12,292 nucleotides of DNA from a virus (taxonomy: Duplodnaviria; Heunggongvirae; Uroviricota; Caudoviricetes): IMG/VR virus record IMGVR_UViG_3300029060_000166, one strand, 5' to 3'. A program made the position numbers and the translations under genes. Below, one piece after another: positions 1 through 8,100 of this stretch (positions within the stretch are counted from its first letter, which is position 1; each line of letters opens with the position of its first letter). The notes under the pieces are model-generated. The model was given only the letters and a program-made list of their open reading frames with translations, did no database searches and was not told the origin of the DNA.

Positions 1-1
1 T

Positions 2-2452
2 ATGGCCTGGGTGGGTGGCGCGAATGAAGCCAGCGGAGCGACGAAAACGCTCTCCGGCGTGCTGAACGGTGTTGCCGGTAATATTGATAATGTGGCAACA
101 GCCGCGGGGGCGCTGGTTGCCGTCGGGGTTGCCCGGTACTTTGGCAATATGGCCTCCGGAGCGGTGTCTGCCACGGCAGGACTTGTGACGGCAGCACGTA
201 ATGAAGTGGCACTGGCGGAAGCACAGCTCAGGGGGACGCAGATTGCCACGGCGCGGGCAAGGGCAGCCGTGTACCGTGCACAGCAGGCTGTGGCGGCAGC
301 CCGCGGGACGGAGATGCAGATTGCTGCAGAAGCCCGTCTGGCGGCCACACAGGAACGCCTGAACAGAAATATTGCTGCCAGAACCGCAGCCCAGAATGCG
401 CTGAACAGTACAACGGCGGTGGGCTCACGTCTGATGACTGGTGCGTTGGGACTGGTTGGTGGCGTACCCGGACTGGTGATGCTGGGGGCAGCAGCATGGT
501 ATACGCTGTACCAGAATCAGGAGCAGGCCAGGGAGTCAGCGCGCCAGTATGCACTGACGATAGATGAAATCGCGCATAAAACGCCGTCAATGTCTTTGCC
601 TGAAGCCTCAGATAATGAAGGACGAACACGGGCGGCGCTGGCAGAGCAGAACCGGCTGATTGATGAACAGGCCAGCCGGGTGAAATCCCTGCAGGAAAAA
701 ATCGCTGGATATCAGTATGTTCTGGCTAACCCTGGCTGGACAACCGGTGACGGATTCATGATAAACCATCTGACATCGGTGAAGACCGTGACGGAAGGGC
801 TTTCTCAGGCAACAGAGCAGCTTGCCGTTGAGCAGTCCCGTCTGGCACAGATGCAGGAAAAAGCGCAGTCCATTCAGGATGTGCTTGCCGGGCTGGAAGA
901 CCGTCGTGTGGCGTTAATTCGTCAGCAGGCGGCAGAGCAGAATAAGGTGTACCAGTCCATGCTGGTTATGAACGGTCAGCATACGGAATTCAACCGTCTG
1001 CTGGGGCTGGGTAATGAACTGCTTCAGCAGCGTCAGGGACTGGTGAATGTACCGTTACGGCTGCCGCAGGCCACCCTGGATGATAAACAGCAGAGCGCCC
1101 TGACAAAAACAGAACGTGAGCTGGCCCTGTCCCGACTGAAGGGGGAGGAAAAAGAGCGTGCCCGGCTGGGGTATGCGGCGGATGACCTTGGTTTTGTGGG
1201 GGATTCGTATCAGGAGGCGAGACAGCGTTATATCAGTAATGCTCTGGAAGCCTGGCGTAATAACGAGGCGAATAAACCCAAATCCCGGGGGGGAAAATCA
1301 GAGACGGAAAAAGCGGAAGACAGTTTTTCCCGGCTACTGAAGCAGCAGAAAGAGCAACTGGCACTGGCGGGTCAGAATACAGAGCTGGCGAAGCTGAAGT
1401 ACCAGACTGCGCAGGGCGAACTGAAAACCCTGACGGAGATGCAGAAGCAGGAACTGCTGCGTAACGCGGCCCTGATTGACCAGCAAAAAATCCGGGAACA
1501 GTTGCGATCCCGGGAAGAGACCCTGAAGAATGATAATGTGGCTGCGCGTGCATCAAATGAAGCCGAACTGCTGGGGTACGGGCAGGGAGAACGAGCCAGG
1601 GAACGCATGCGGGAGTTGCAGCAGATCCGCGACAGCTTCCGCCAGAAGGATGCGGACCTTCAGTCTCAGTATCAGACCGGGGATATCAGTGAGGATTTTT
1701 ACAGACAGGCACGGGCACAGAATGCGCAGTATCTGAGCGAACGCCTTAAGGACCAGGCAGCCTTTTATGCCGAATCGGATGCGCAGCGTGCGGACTGGCA
1801 GAAAGGCTTGCAGGAGGGGCTCAGTAACTGGGTGGACAATGCATCCGATTACGCCTCTCAGGCAGCACAGCTGGCAACGGAGGGGATTTCAGGACTGGTG
1901 AATAACATCACGGAGATGCTGAACGGAAACAAAGTGGAATGGCGCAACTGGGCCTCATCCGTACTGCAGGAAATCTCAAAAGTTCTTATGAATGCCGCGA
2001 TTGTCAACGGAATTAAGACGGCGGCAAACGGTATGTCCGGTGCGGGAGGATTTATTGGCAGCATTGGTGACTGGCTGGGCGGTGCGGTGGCCAATGCAAA
2101 AGGCGGCGTGTATACCTCGGCAAACCTGAGTGCGTACAGCAACAGCATTGTGGACACGCCCACGTACTTTGCGTTTGCAAAAGGGGCCGGGCTGATGGGG
2201 GAAGCCGGACCTGAAGCCATTATGCCCCTGACCCGGGCGGCGGATGGCTCGCTGGGCGTACGCGCGGTGGGCAGTATGAACGGCAGTGCCGGTCTGGTGT
2301 ATTCCCCGGTCTACCACATCGCCATTCAGAATGACGGGGCTAACGGACAGATAGGGGCGGAGGCGGCAGGCAGTCTTGTGCAACTGATTGACCAGCGGGT
2401 GCAGGCGGTGATGCTGTCCATGCGACGTGACGGAGGAATGCTGAGTGGCTGA
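2..2452 (+). CDS. H: Tail tape measure protein, 5'-partial (C-terminal ~816 aa; the frame is open to the window edge, so the true start lies upstream)
   Basis: Long Ala/Gln-rich ORF with a Gly-rich hydrophobic C-terminal part, typical of lambda gpH-type tape measure proteins. It sits immediately upstream of M-L-K-I-J in conserved lambda order. Its stop (TGA 2450-2452) overlaps the GTG start of M (GTGGCTGA). Confidence 0.88.
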   Translation: MAWVGGANEASGATKTLSGVLNGVAGNIDNVATAAGALVAVGVARYFGNMASGAVSATAGLVTAARNEVALAEAQLRGTQIATARARAAVYRAQQAVAAARGTEMQIAAEARLAATQERLNRNIAARTAAQNALNSTTAVGSRLMTGALGLVGGVPGLVMLGAAAWYTLYQNQEQARESARQYALTIDEIAHKTPSMSLPEASDNEGRTRAALAEQNRLIDEQASRVKSLQEKIAGYQYVLANPGWTTGDGFMINHLTSVKTVTEGLSQATEQLAVEQSRLAQMQEKAQSIQDVLAGLEDRRVALIRQQAAEQNKVYQSMLVMNGQHTEFNRLLGLGNELLQQRQGLVNVPLRLPQATLDDKQQSALTKTERELALSRLKGEEKERARLGYAADDLGFVGDSYQEARQRYISNALEAWRNNEANKPKSRGGKSETEKAEDSFSRLLKQQKEQLALAGQNTELAKLKYQTAQGELKTLTEMQKQELLRNAALIDQQKIREQLRSREETLKNDNVAARASNEAELLGYGQGERARERMRELQQIRDSFRQKDADLQSQYQTGDISEDFYRQARAQNAQYLSERLKDQAAFYAESDAQRADWQKGLQEGLSNWVDNASDYASQAAQLATEGISGLVNNITEMLNGNKVEWRNWASSVLQEISKVLMNAAIVNGIKTAANGMSGAGGFIGSIGDWLGGAVANAKGGVYTSANLSAYSNSIVDTPTYFAFAKGAGLMGEAGPEAIMPLTRAADGSLGVRAVGSMNGSAGLVYSPVYHIAIQNDGANGQIGAEAAGSLVQLIDQRVQAVMLSMRRDGGMLSG

Positions 2453-2786
2453 GATAAAAACGCTGCATCTGGTCCCGCGTGAAGGGATGCAGGTGAGTGA
2501 GAAACCGTCGGTGGCGAGGGTACGGTTTGGTGACGGTTATGAACAGCGCCGCCCGACGGGACTTAATGCCCGACTGAAGACGTTTCAGGCGGTGTTCCGG
2601 GTGACGGATGAGGCGACCCGGCGATGGCTGGAAGAGTTTTTATCGTGGCATGGTGGTTACCGTGCCTTTTTGTGGCGACCGCCGAAACATAACCGGACGG
2701 TGAGGGTGGTGTGCCGGGAGTGGAGCGTCACAGATAACGCCAGGTACAGTGATTTCAGTTGTACGATTGAGCAGGTGGTGAACTGA
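2445..2786 (+). CDS. M: Minor tail protein M (113 aa)
   Basis: The translation (..VARVRFGDGYEQRRPTGLNARLKTF.. ending EQVVN) matches lambda gpM as I recall it, and the size matches (lambda M is 109 aa). GTG start at 2445 with a GGAGG Shine-Dalgarno at 2432-2436. The stop overlaps the L start (TGATG at 2784-2788). Confidence 0.9.
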   Translation: MAEIKTLHLVPREGMQVSEKPSVARVRFGDGYEQRRPTGLNARLKTFQAVFRVTDEATRRWLEEFLSWHGGYRAFLWRPPKHNRTVRVVCREWSVTDNARYSDFSCTIEQVVN

Positions 2787-3484
2787 TGCAGGATATTCAC
2801 GAAGAAAGTCTGAGCGAGTCGGTTAAATCAGAGCAGTCACCGCGGGTGGTACTCTGGGAAATCGACCTGACGGTACAGGGCGGTGAGCGGTATTTTTTCT
2901 GTAATGAGCTGAATGAAAAAGGGGAGCCGGTCACCTGGCAGGGGCGGCAATATCAGGCATACCCGATTGACGGCAGCGGTTTTGAGATGAGCGGGAAGGG
3001 CAGCAGTGCCAGACCGTCGCTGACGGTGTCCAATCTGTTCGGTCTGGTCACCGGGATGGCGGAAGACCTGCAGAGTCTGGTGGGGGCCACGGTGGTCCGC
3101 CGCCGGGTGTATGCCCGTTTTCTGGATGCGGTGAATTTCGTTGCGGGCAATCCGGAGGCCGACCCGGAGCAGGAGCTGACGGACCGGTGGGTGGTGGAGC
3201 AGATGTCAGCGCTGACAGCCATGACGGCCTCGTTTGTGCTGGCCACACCGACCGAGACGGACGGGGCGCTGTTTCCCGGTCGTATCATGCTGGCGAACAC
3301 CTGTATGTGGACCTACCGCTCTGATGAGTGTGGTTACACGGGCGGGGCTGTGGCGGATGAGTTCGATAAACCCACCACGGATATCCGTAAGGACAGATGC
3401 AGCAAGTGCATGCGCGGGTGTGAGATGCGCGGCATGGTGGCTAATTTTGGCGGTTTCCTTTCCATTAACAAACTTTCGCAGTAA
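2786..3484 (+). CDS. L: Minor tail protein L (232 aa)
   Basis: Same length as lambda gpL and near-identical motifs by recall (VVLWEIDLT, GGERYFFCNE, GEPVTWQGRQYQ, GRIMLANTC, C-terminal NFGGFLSINKLSQ). Carries the C-terminal Cys cluster (C-x9-C ... C-x2-C-x3-C). ATG overlaps the M stop, implying translational coupling. Confidence 0.95.
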   Translation: MQDIHEESLSESVKSEQSPRVVLWEIDLTVQGGERYFFCNELNEKGEPVTWQGRQYQAYPIDGSGFEMSGKGSSARPSLTVSNLFGLVTGMAEDLQSLVGATVVRRRVYARFLDAVNFVAGNPEADPEQELTDRWVVEQMSALTAMTASFVLATPTETDGALFPGRIMLANTCMWTYRSDECGYTGGAVADEFDKPTTDIRKDRCSKCMRGCEMRGMVANFGGFLSINKLSQ

Positions 3485-3489
3485 ATCCA

Positions 3490-4233
3490 ATGACACAGAC
3501 AGAATCAGCGATTCTGGCGCATGCCCGGCGGTGTGTGCCTGCGGAGTCGTGCGGCTTAGTGGTGAGAACGCCGGAGGGGGAGCGGTATATCCCTTGTGTG
3601 AATATCTCTGCAGAGCCGGAGGCGTATTTTCGTATTGCACCGGAAGACTGGCTGCGGGCAGAGATGCAGGGGGAGATTGTGGCACTGGTCCACAGTCATC
3701 CCGGTGGGCTGCCCTGGCTGAGCGAGGCTGACCGGCGGCTGCAGATAAAAAGCGCACTGCCCTGGTGGCTGGTCTGCCGGGGTGACATTCACAAATTCCG
3801 CTGCGTGCCGCACCTGACGGGACGGCGCTTTGAGCACGGGGTGACGGACTGTTACACCCTGTTCCGGGATGCATACCATCTGGCGGGGACTGAAATGCCG
3901 GATTTTCATCGCGAGGATGACTGGTGGCGCAACGGTCAGAACCTTTACCTGGACAATATGGCGGTCACCGGCTTTTACCGGGTGCCCCTGTCCTCTGCAC
4001 AGGCGGGCGATATTCTGCTGTGCTGCTTTGGTGCTTCGGTACCGAACCATGCCGCCATTTACTGCGGCAACGGTGAGCTGCTTCACCATCTGCCTGAACA
4101 ACTGAGTAAACGGGAGAGGTATTCCGAAAAATGGCAACGACGAACGCATTCTGTCTGGCGTCACCGCCACTGGCACGCATCTGCCTTCACGGGGATTTGC
4201 AACGATTTGGCCGCCGCCTCAGCCTGTATGTGA
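3490..4233 (+). CDS. K: Tail tip assembly protein K (247-aa ORF) with an N-terminal JAMM/MPN-type metalloprotease-like domain and a C-terminal NlpC/P60-like domain
   Basis: Starts MTQTESAILAHARR six nt after the L stop. A JAMM-type motif HSHPGGLPWLSEAD (H-x-H-x7-S-x2-D) is encoded at about 3691-3732, followed by a Cys-containing segment (GVTDCYTLFRDAYH) and downstream His, consistent with NlpC/P60. The 3' end overlaps I by 103 nt. The lambda reference annotation uses a shorter 199-aa K; the exact start is therefore uncertain, but the ORF is open from 3490. Confidence 0.88.
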   Translation: MTQTESAILAHARRCVPAESCGLVVRTPEGERYIPCVNISAEPEAYFRIAPEDWLRAEMQGEIVALVHSHPGGLPWLSEADRRLQIKSALPWWLVCRGDIHKFRCVPHLTGRRFEHGVTDCYTLFRDAYHLAGTEMPDFHREDDWWRNGQNLYLDNMAVTGFYRVPLSSAQAGDILLCCFGASVPNHAAIYCGNGELLHHLPEQLSKRERYSEKWQRRTHSVWRHRHWHASAFTGICNDLAAASACM

Positions 4234-4811
4234 ACACGGCAGCGGAAGCCATTCGCGCCCTGTCGATGCAGATGCCGGGCTTTCGCCGTCAGATGAACGA
4301 AGGCTGGTACCAGATACGTATTGCCGGTTATGACACGGCACCGGAGGCGGTGTACGCCCGTCTTCACGAACAGCTGGGTGAGGGAACGGTCATCCACATT
4401 GTGCCGCGACTGGCCGGGGCCGGAAAGGGTGGACTGCAGATTGTGCTGGGGGCGGCAGCCATCGTGGGCTCTTTCTTCACGGCCGGTGCCTCGATGGCGT
4501 TATGGGGTACAGCCCTGAGTGCCGGCGGTTTTTCTGCCACCACGATGCTGTTTTCACTGGGGGCCAGCATGATACTGGGCGGTGTGGCCCAGATGCTGGC
4601 CCCGAAGGCAAAAACACCGGATTACCGCGCAACGGATAACGGCAGACAGAACACGTACTTTTCCTCACTGGATAACATGATTGCCCAGGGGAACCCGATG
4701 CCGGTGCCTTACGGGGAAATGCTGGTTGGCTCCCGCCGTATATCCCAGGACATCAGCACCCGTGATGAAGGCGGGGGCGGAAAGGTCGTGGTTATCGGGC
4801 GGCAGGGGTAA
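4131..4811 (+). CDS. I: Tail tip assembly protein I (226 aa)
   Basis: Translation matches lambda gpI by recall (ARICLHGDLQRFGRR, VIHIVPRLAGAGKGG, NTYFSSLDNM, GEMLVGSR), including the Gly/Ala-rich hydrophobic C-terminal half. ATG at 4131 is preceded by GGGAGAGG; stop TAA at 4809-4811. Confidence 0.92.
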   Translation: MATTNAFCLASPPLARICLHGDLQRFGRRLSLYVNTAAEAIRALSMQMPGFRRQMNEGWYQIRIAGYDTAPEAVYARLHEQLGEGTVIHIVPRLAGAGKGGLQIVLGAAAIVGSFFTAGASMALWGTALSAGGFSATTMLFSLGASMILGGVAQMLAPKAKTPDYRATDNGRQNTYFSSLDNMIAQGNPMPVPYGEMLVGSRRISQDISTRDEGGGGKVVVIGRQG

Positions 4812-4856
4812 AAAGAATAAAAAAATCCCGCAGTGATCGCGGACAGGAACTGCGGG
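4811..4856 (-). terminator. Intrinsic (Rho-independent) terminator oriented for the minus strand
   Basis: GC-rich inverted repeat CCCGCAGT (4827-4834) / ACTGCGGG (4849-4856). On the minus strand it is followed directly by a U-tract (ATTTTTTTATTCTTTT, + strand 4811-4826). On the + strand the stem is preceded by A's and not followed by T's, so it is oriented for minus-strand transcripts. Confidence 0.6.
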
Positions 4857-4915
4857 AGAGTTACGAAGATTAAGTGTAAGGAATTATTCTTATATCACGA
4901 CAAAAAAATTAACGC
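4815..4915 (-). ncRNA. Candidate small noncoding RNA (~100 nt) bounded by a sigma70 promoter and an intrinsic terminator
   Basis: The predicted start is about 7 nt downstream of the minus-strand -10 box and the transcript ends at the 4811-4856 terminator. The span has no ATG and only 2-3 codon GTG/TTG frames, so it is ORF-less. It lies in an AT-rich insertion between I and J that is absent from the lambda reference layout. Confidence 0.35.
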
Positions 4916-4921
4916 AGAGAA

Positions 4922-4975
4922 ATTATACGCGCCACAGTCAGTTTGTGAAAATGTGAAGATATTCAGAATTTTTAT
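4922..4975 (-). promoter_or_regulatory. Near-consensus sigma70 promoter on the minus strand (-35 TTCACA, 16-nt spacer, -10 TATAAT) with an A/T-rich UP-like tract upstream
   Basis: Read on the minus strand: TTCACA (+ strand 4944-4949) matches TTGACA at 5 of 6; a 16-nt spacer; TATAAT (+ strand 4922-4927) matches 6 of 6. The upstream minus-strand sequence (+ strand 4950-4975) is A/T-rich (AAAAATTCTGAATATCTTCACATT). Confidence 0.5.
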
Positions 4976-5014
4976 GCCATTACCGGTTTTAACCAACAGG
5001 ATTATCGGTGGGCA

Positions 5015-5058
5015 TGAAAGAAAACCCCGGTATCTGCTGATACCGGGGTTTCTCTTTA
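5015..5058. terminator. Strong perfect hairpin with U-rich flanks on both strands; possible bidirectional terminator or insulator
   Basis: 12-bp perfect stem AACCCCGGTATC (5023-5034) / GATACCGGGGTT (5039-5050) with a 4-nt loop TGCT. It is followed by TTTCTCTTT on the + strand and by TTTTCTTTC on the - strand. Confidence 0.5.
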
Positions 5059-5154
5059 GCATGGCAGAAATGTGTTTCATGCTTTTCGGGCGAAGGATAT
5101 CCGACTTCTGTACGGAATGGCAAGTGGCGGTTAATTTATTCAGGGGAAGGCTGT

Positions 5155-8100
5155 ATGGGAAAAGGTGGCGGTAAGGCACACACGCCTCGTGAGGCGAAGG
5201 ATAATCTCAAATCCACGCAGATGATGAGTGTGATTGATGCGATTGGTGAGGGACCGATAGAAGGTCCGGTGAAGGGACTGCAGAGTATTCTGGTGAACAA
5301 AACCCCGCTGACGGACACGGACGGTAATCCCGTGATACACGGTGTGACTGCGGTCTGGCGTGCCGGGGAGCAGGAGCAGACACCACCGGAAGGCTTTGAG
5401 TCCTCCGGAGCTGAAACCGGACTGGGCGTGGAAGTGACGAAGGCAAAACCGGTGACGCGCACCATTACGTCCGCGAACATTGACCGCCTGCGGGTTACCT
5501 TCGGGGTGCAGTCACTGGTGCAGACCACGTCAAAGGGCGACCGTAATCCTTCCTCTGTCCGGATTCTGATTCAGTTACAGCGTAATGGCCGCTGGGTGAC
5601 GGAAAAGGATGTCACCATTAACGGCAAGACCACCTCGCAGTTCCTGGCCTCGGTGATTCTGGATAATCTGCCGCCCCGGCCCTTTAACATCCGGATGGTC
5701 AGGGAGACGGCGGACAGCACCACGGACCAGCTGCAGAATAAGACGCTGTGGTCGTCATACACCGAAATCATCGATGTGAAACAGTGCTACCCGAACACGG
5801 CCATTGTGGGGCTGCAGGTGGATGCGGAGCAGTTCGGCGGCCAGCAGATGACGGTGAACTACCATATCCGCGGTCGCATCATCCAGGTGCCGTCAAACTA
5901 TGACCCGGAAAAACGCACGTACAGTGGTATCTGGGACGGCAGCCTGAAACCGGCATACAGCAACAACCCGGCCTGGTGTCTGTGGGACATGCTGACTCAC
6001 CCGCGCTACGGCATGGGAAAACGTCTGGGGGCGGCGGATGTGGACAAGTGGGCGCTGTATGCCATCGGGCAGTACTGCGACCAGACGGTCCCGGATGGTT
6101 TCGGGGGGACCGAGCCGCGGATGACCTTTAATGCGTACCTGGCACAACAGCGTAAGGCGTGGGACGTTCTCAGTGATTTCTGCTCTGCGATGCGCTGTAT
6201 GCCGGTATGGAACGGCCAGACGCTGACGTTCGTTCAGGACCGTCCGTCGGATGTGGTGTGGCCGTACACCAACAGCGATGTGGTGGTGGATGATAACGGC
6301 GTGGGTTTCCGCTACAGCTCCAGTGCCCTGAAGGACCGGCACACGGCAGTGGAGGTGAATTACACCGACCCGCAGAACGGCTGGCAGACCTCCACGGAAC
6401 TGGTGGAAGACCCGGAAGCCATACTGCGCTACGGACGCAACCTGCTGAAGATGGACGCGTTCGGCTGTACCAGCCGCGGTCAGGCCCACCGTGCCGGGCT
6501 GTGGGTGATAAAGACCGAACTGCTGGAAACGCAGACGGTGGATTTCACGCTTGGGTCACAGGGGCTGCGTCACACACCCGGTGACATCATTGAAATCTGT
6601 GATAACGACTATGCCGGGACCATGACCGGCGGACGTGTCCTGTCCATCGATGCCGCCAGCCGTACCCTGACGCTGGACCGGGAGGTGACACTGCCGGAGA
6701 CCGGCACGGCCACTGTTAATCTGATTAACGGCAGCGGTAAGCCGGCGAGCGTGGCCATCACCGCACACCCCGCGCCTGACCGGATACAGGTCAGCACCCT
6801 GCCGGATGGTGTGGAGACATACGGTGTGTGGGGACTCTCCCTGCCGTCACTGCGTCGTCGCCTGTTCCGCTGTGTCTCCATCCGGGAAAACACGGACGGC
6901 ACGTTCGCCATCACGGCGGTGCAGCACGTACCGGAAAAAGAAGCCATTGTGGATAACGGGGCCAGCTTTGAGCCGCAGTCAGGCAGCCTGAACAGCGTTA
7001 TCCCACCGGCAGTGCAGCACCTGACGGTGGAGGTGAGTGCAGCTGACGGTCAGTATCTGGCACAGGCGAAATGGGACACGCCGCGGGTGGTGAAGGGTGT
7101 GCGCTTCAGTCTGCGTCTGACCAGCGGAAGCGGAGAAGACAGCCGTCTGGTGAGCACCGCCATCACCGCAGACACGGAGCACCGTTTCAGTGGTCTGCCG
7201 CTGGGGGAATACACCCTGACGGTGCGGGCCATTAACAGCTACGGCCAGCAGGGCGAACCTGCGACCACCACCTTCCGGATTAACGCGCCTGCAAAACCCG
7301 CCACCATTGAGCTGACGCCGGGGTATTTTCAGATAACGGCGGTACCGGTGCTGGCGGTGTATGACCCGACGGTGCAGTTTGAGTTCTGGTTTTCGGAAAA
7401 ACGCATCACGAACACGGCACAGGTGGAAAAATCTGCCCGTTATCTGGGGACCGGCAGTCAGTGGACTGTCCAGGGCGATCGGATTAAGCCGGGGATGGAT
7501 TTCTGGTTTTATGTGCGCAGTGTCAACCTGGTGGGCAAGTCTGCATTTGTGGAAGCCAGCGGGCAGGCCAGCAATGATGCAAAAGGGTATCTGGAATTTT
7601 TCCGTGGTCTGATAGATGAGACGCTGCTGGGGCAGGCACTGAAAGAGCGCATTGATGCTTCAGCGCTGCGTACGGAGGTCACGCAACTGGAAGAAGATAT
7701 CCGTCAGCGGATGGACACGGATATCGCAGAAGTGACCCGGAAAATCGGGAAGGCGGAAAACAGCCTCACGCAGCTGGTTGCGAAAAAGAATGAGGACCAG
7801 ACACTGGCCATCGCGCAGGTGAGCCAGAAAGTGGACCGGGTGAGCAGTGAAATCTCACAGACTGTCAGCCAGGGGCAGTCAGAAAACGCCCGACAGATAG
7901 CACAGGTCCGCCAGTACGTGGATAAAAAAGGGAGTGAAATTACCTCGACCACGGATAAAAAGCTGGGTGACCAGGCCGTGACCATACAGCAAATCCAGCG
8001 GGTTCAGTCAGACACGCGCAATGAGCTGAATGCCATGTATATGCTGAAGGTGCAGAAAACAAAAAACGGTATTCCCTATGTGGCCGGGATTGGCGCGGGG

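Noticed and set aside
228-2383. Minus-strand ORFs inside the tape measure gene (228-629, 1233-1556, 1372-1608, 1858-2220, 1976-2383) and the + strand alternative-frame ORFs 1158-1340 and 1530-1736
   Set aside because: All are embedded antisense or out of frame within a long, well-supported GC-rich coding region. They are Pro/Ser/Arg-rich translations typical of off-frame GC-rich DNA, with no ribosome-binding sites or sensible context.
2953-4570. Overlapping ORFs on both strands across L, K and I (for example 3206-3874 minus, 222 aa; 3556-4176 minus, 206 aa; 3234-3731 plus, 165 aa)
   Set aside because: They overlap confidently assigned L, K and I genes. Their composition (Pro/Arg/Ala-rich) is characteristic of spurious frames in high-GC coding DNA.
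4833-5179. ORFs in the I-J spacer: 4833-5174 plus (113 aa) and 4895-5179 minus (94 aa)
   Set aside because: Both run through the promoter and hairpin elements and into the J start. Neither has a convincing ribosome-binding site or start context, and the region is better explained as a noncoding regulatory insert. A small protein is not formally excluded.
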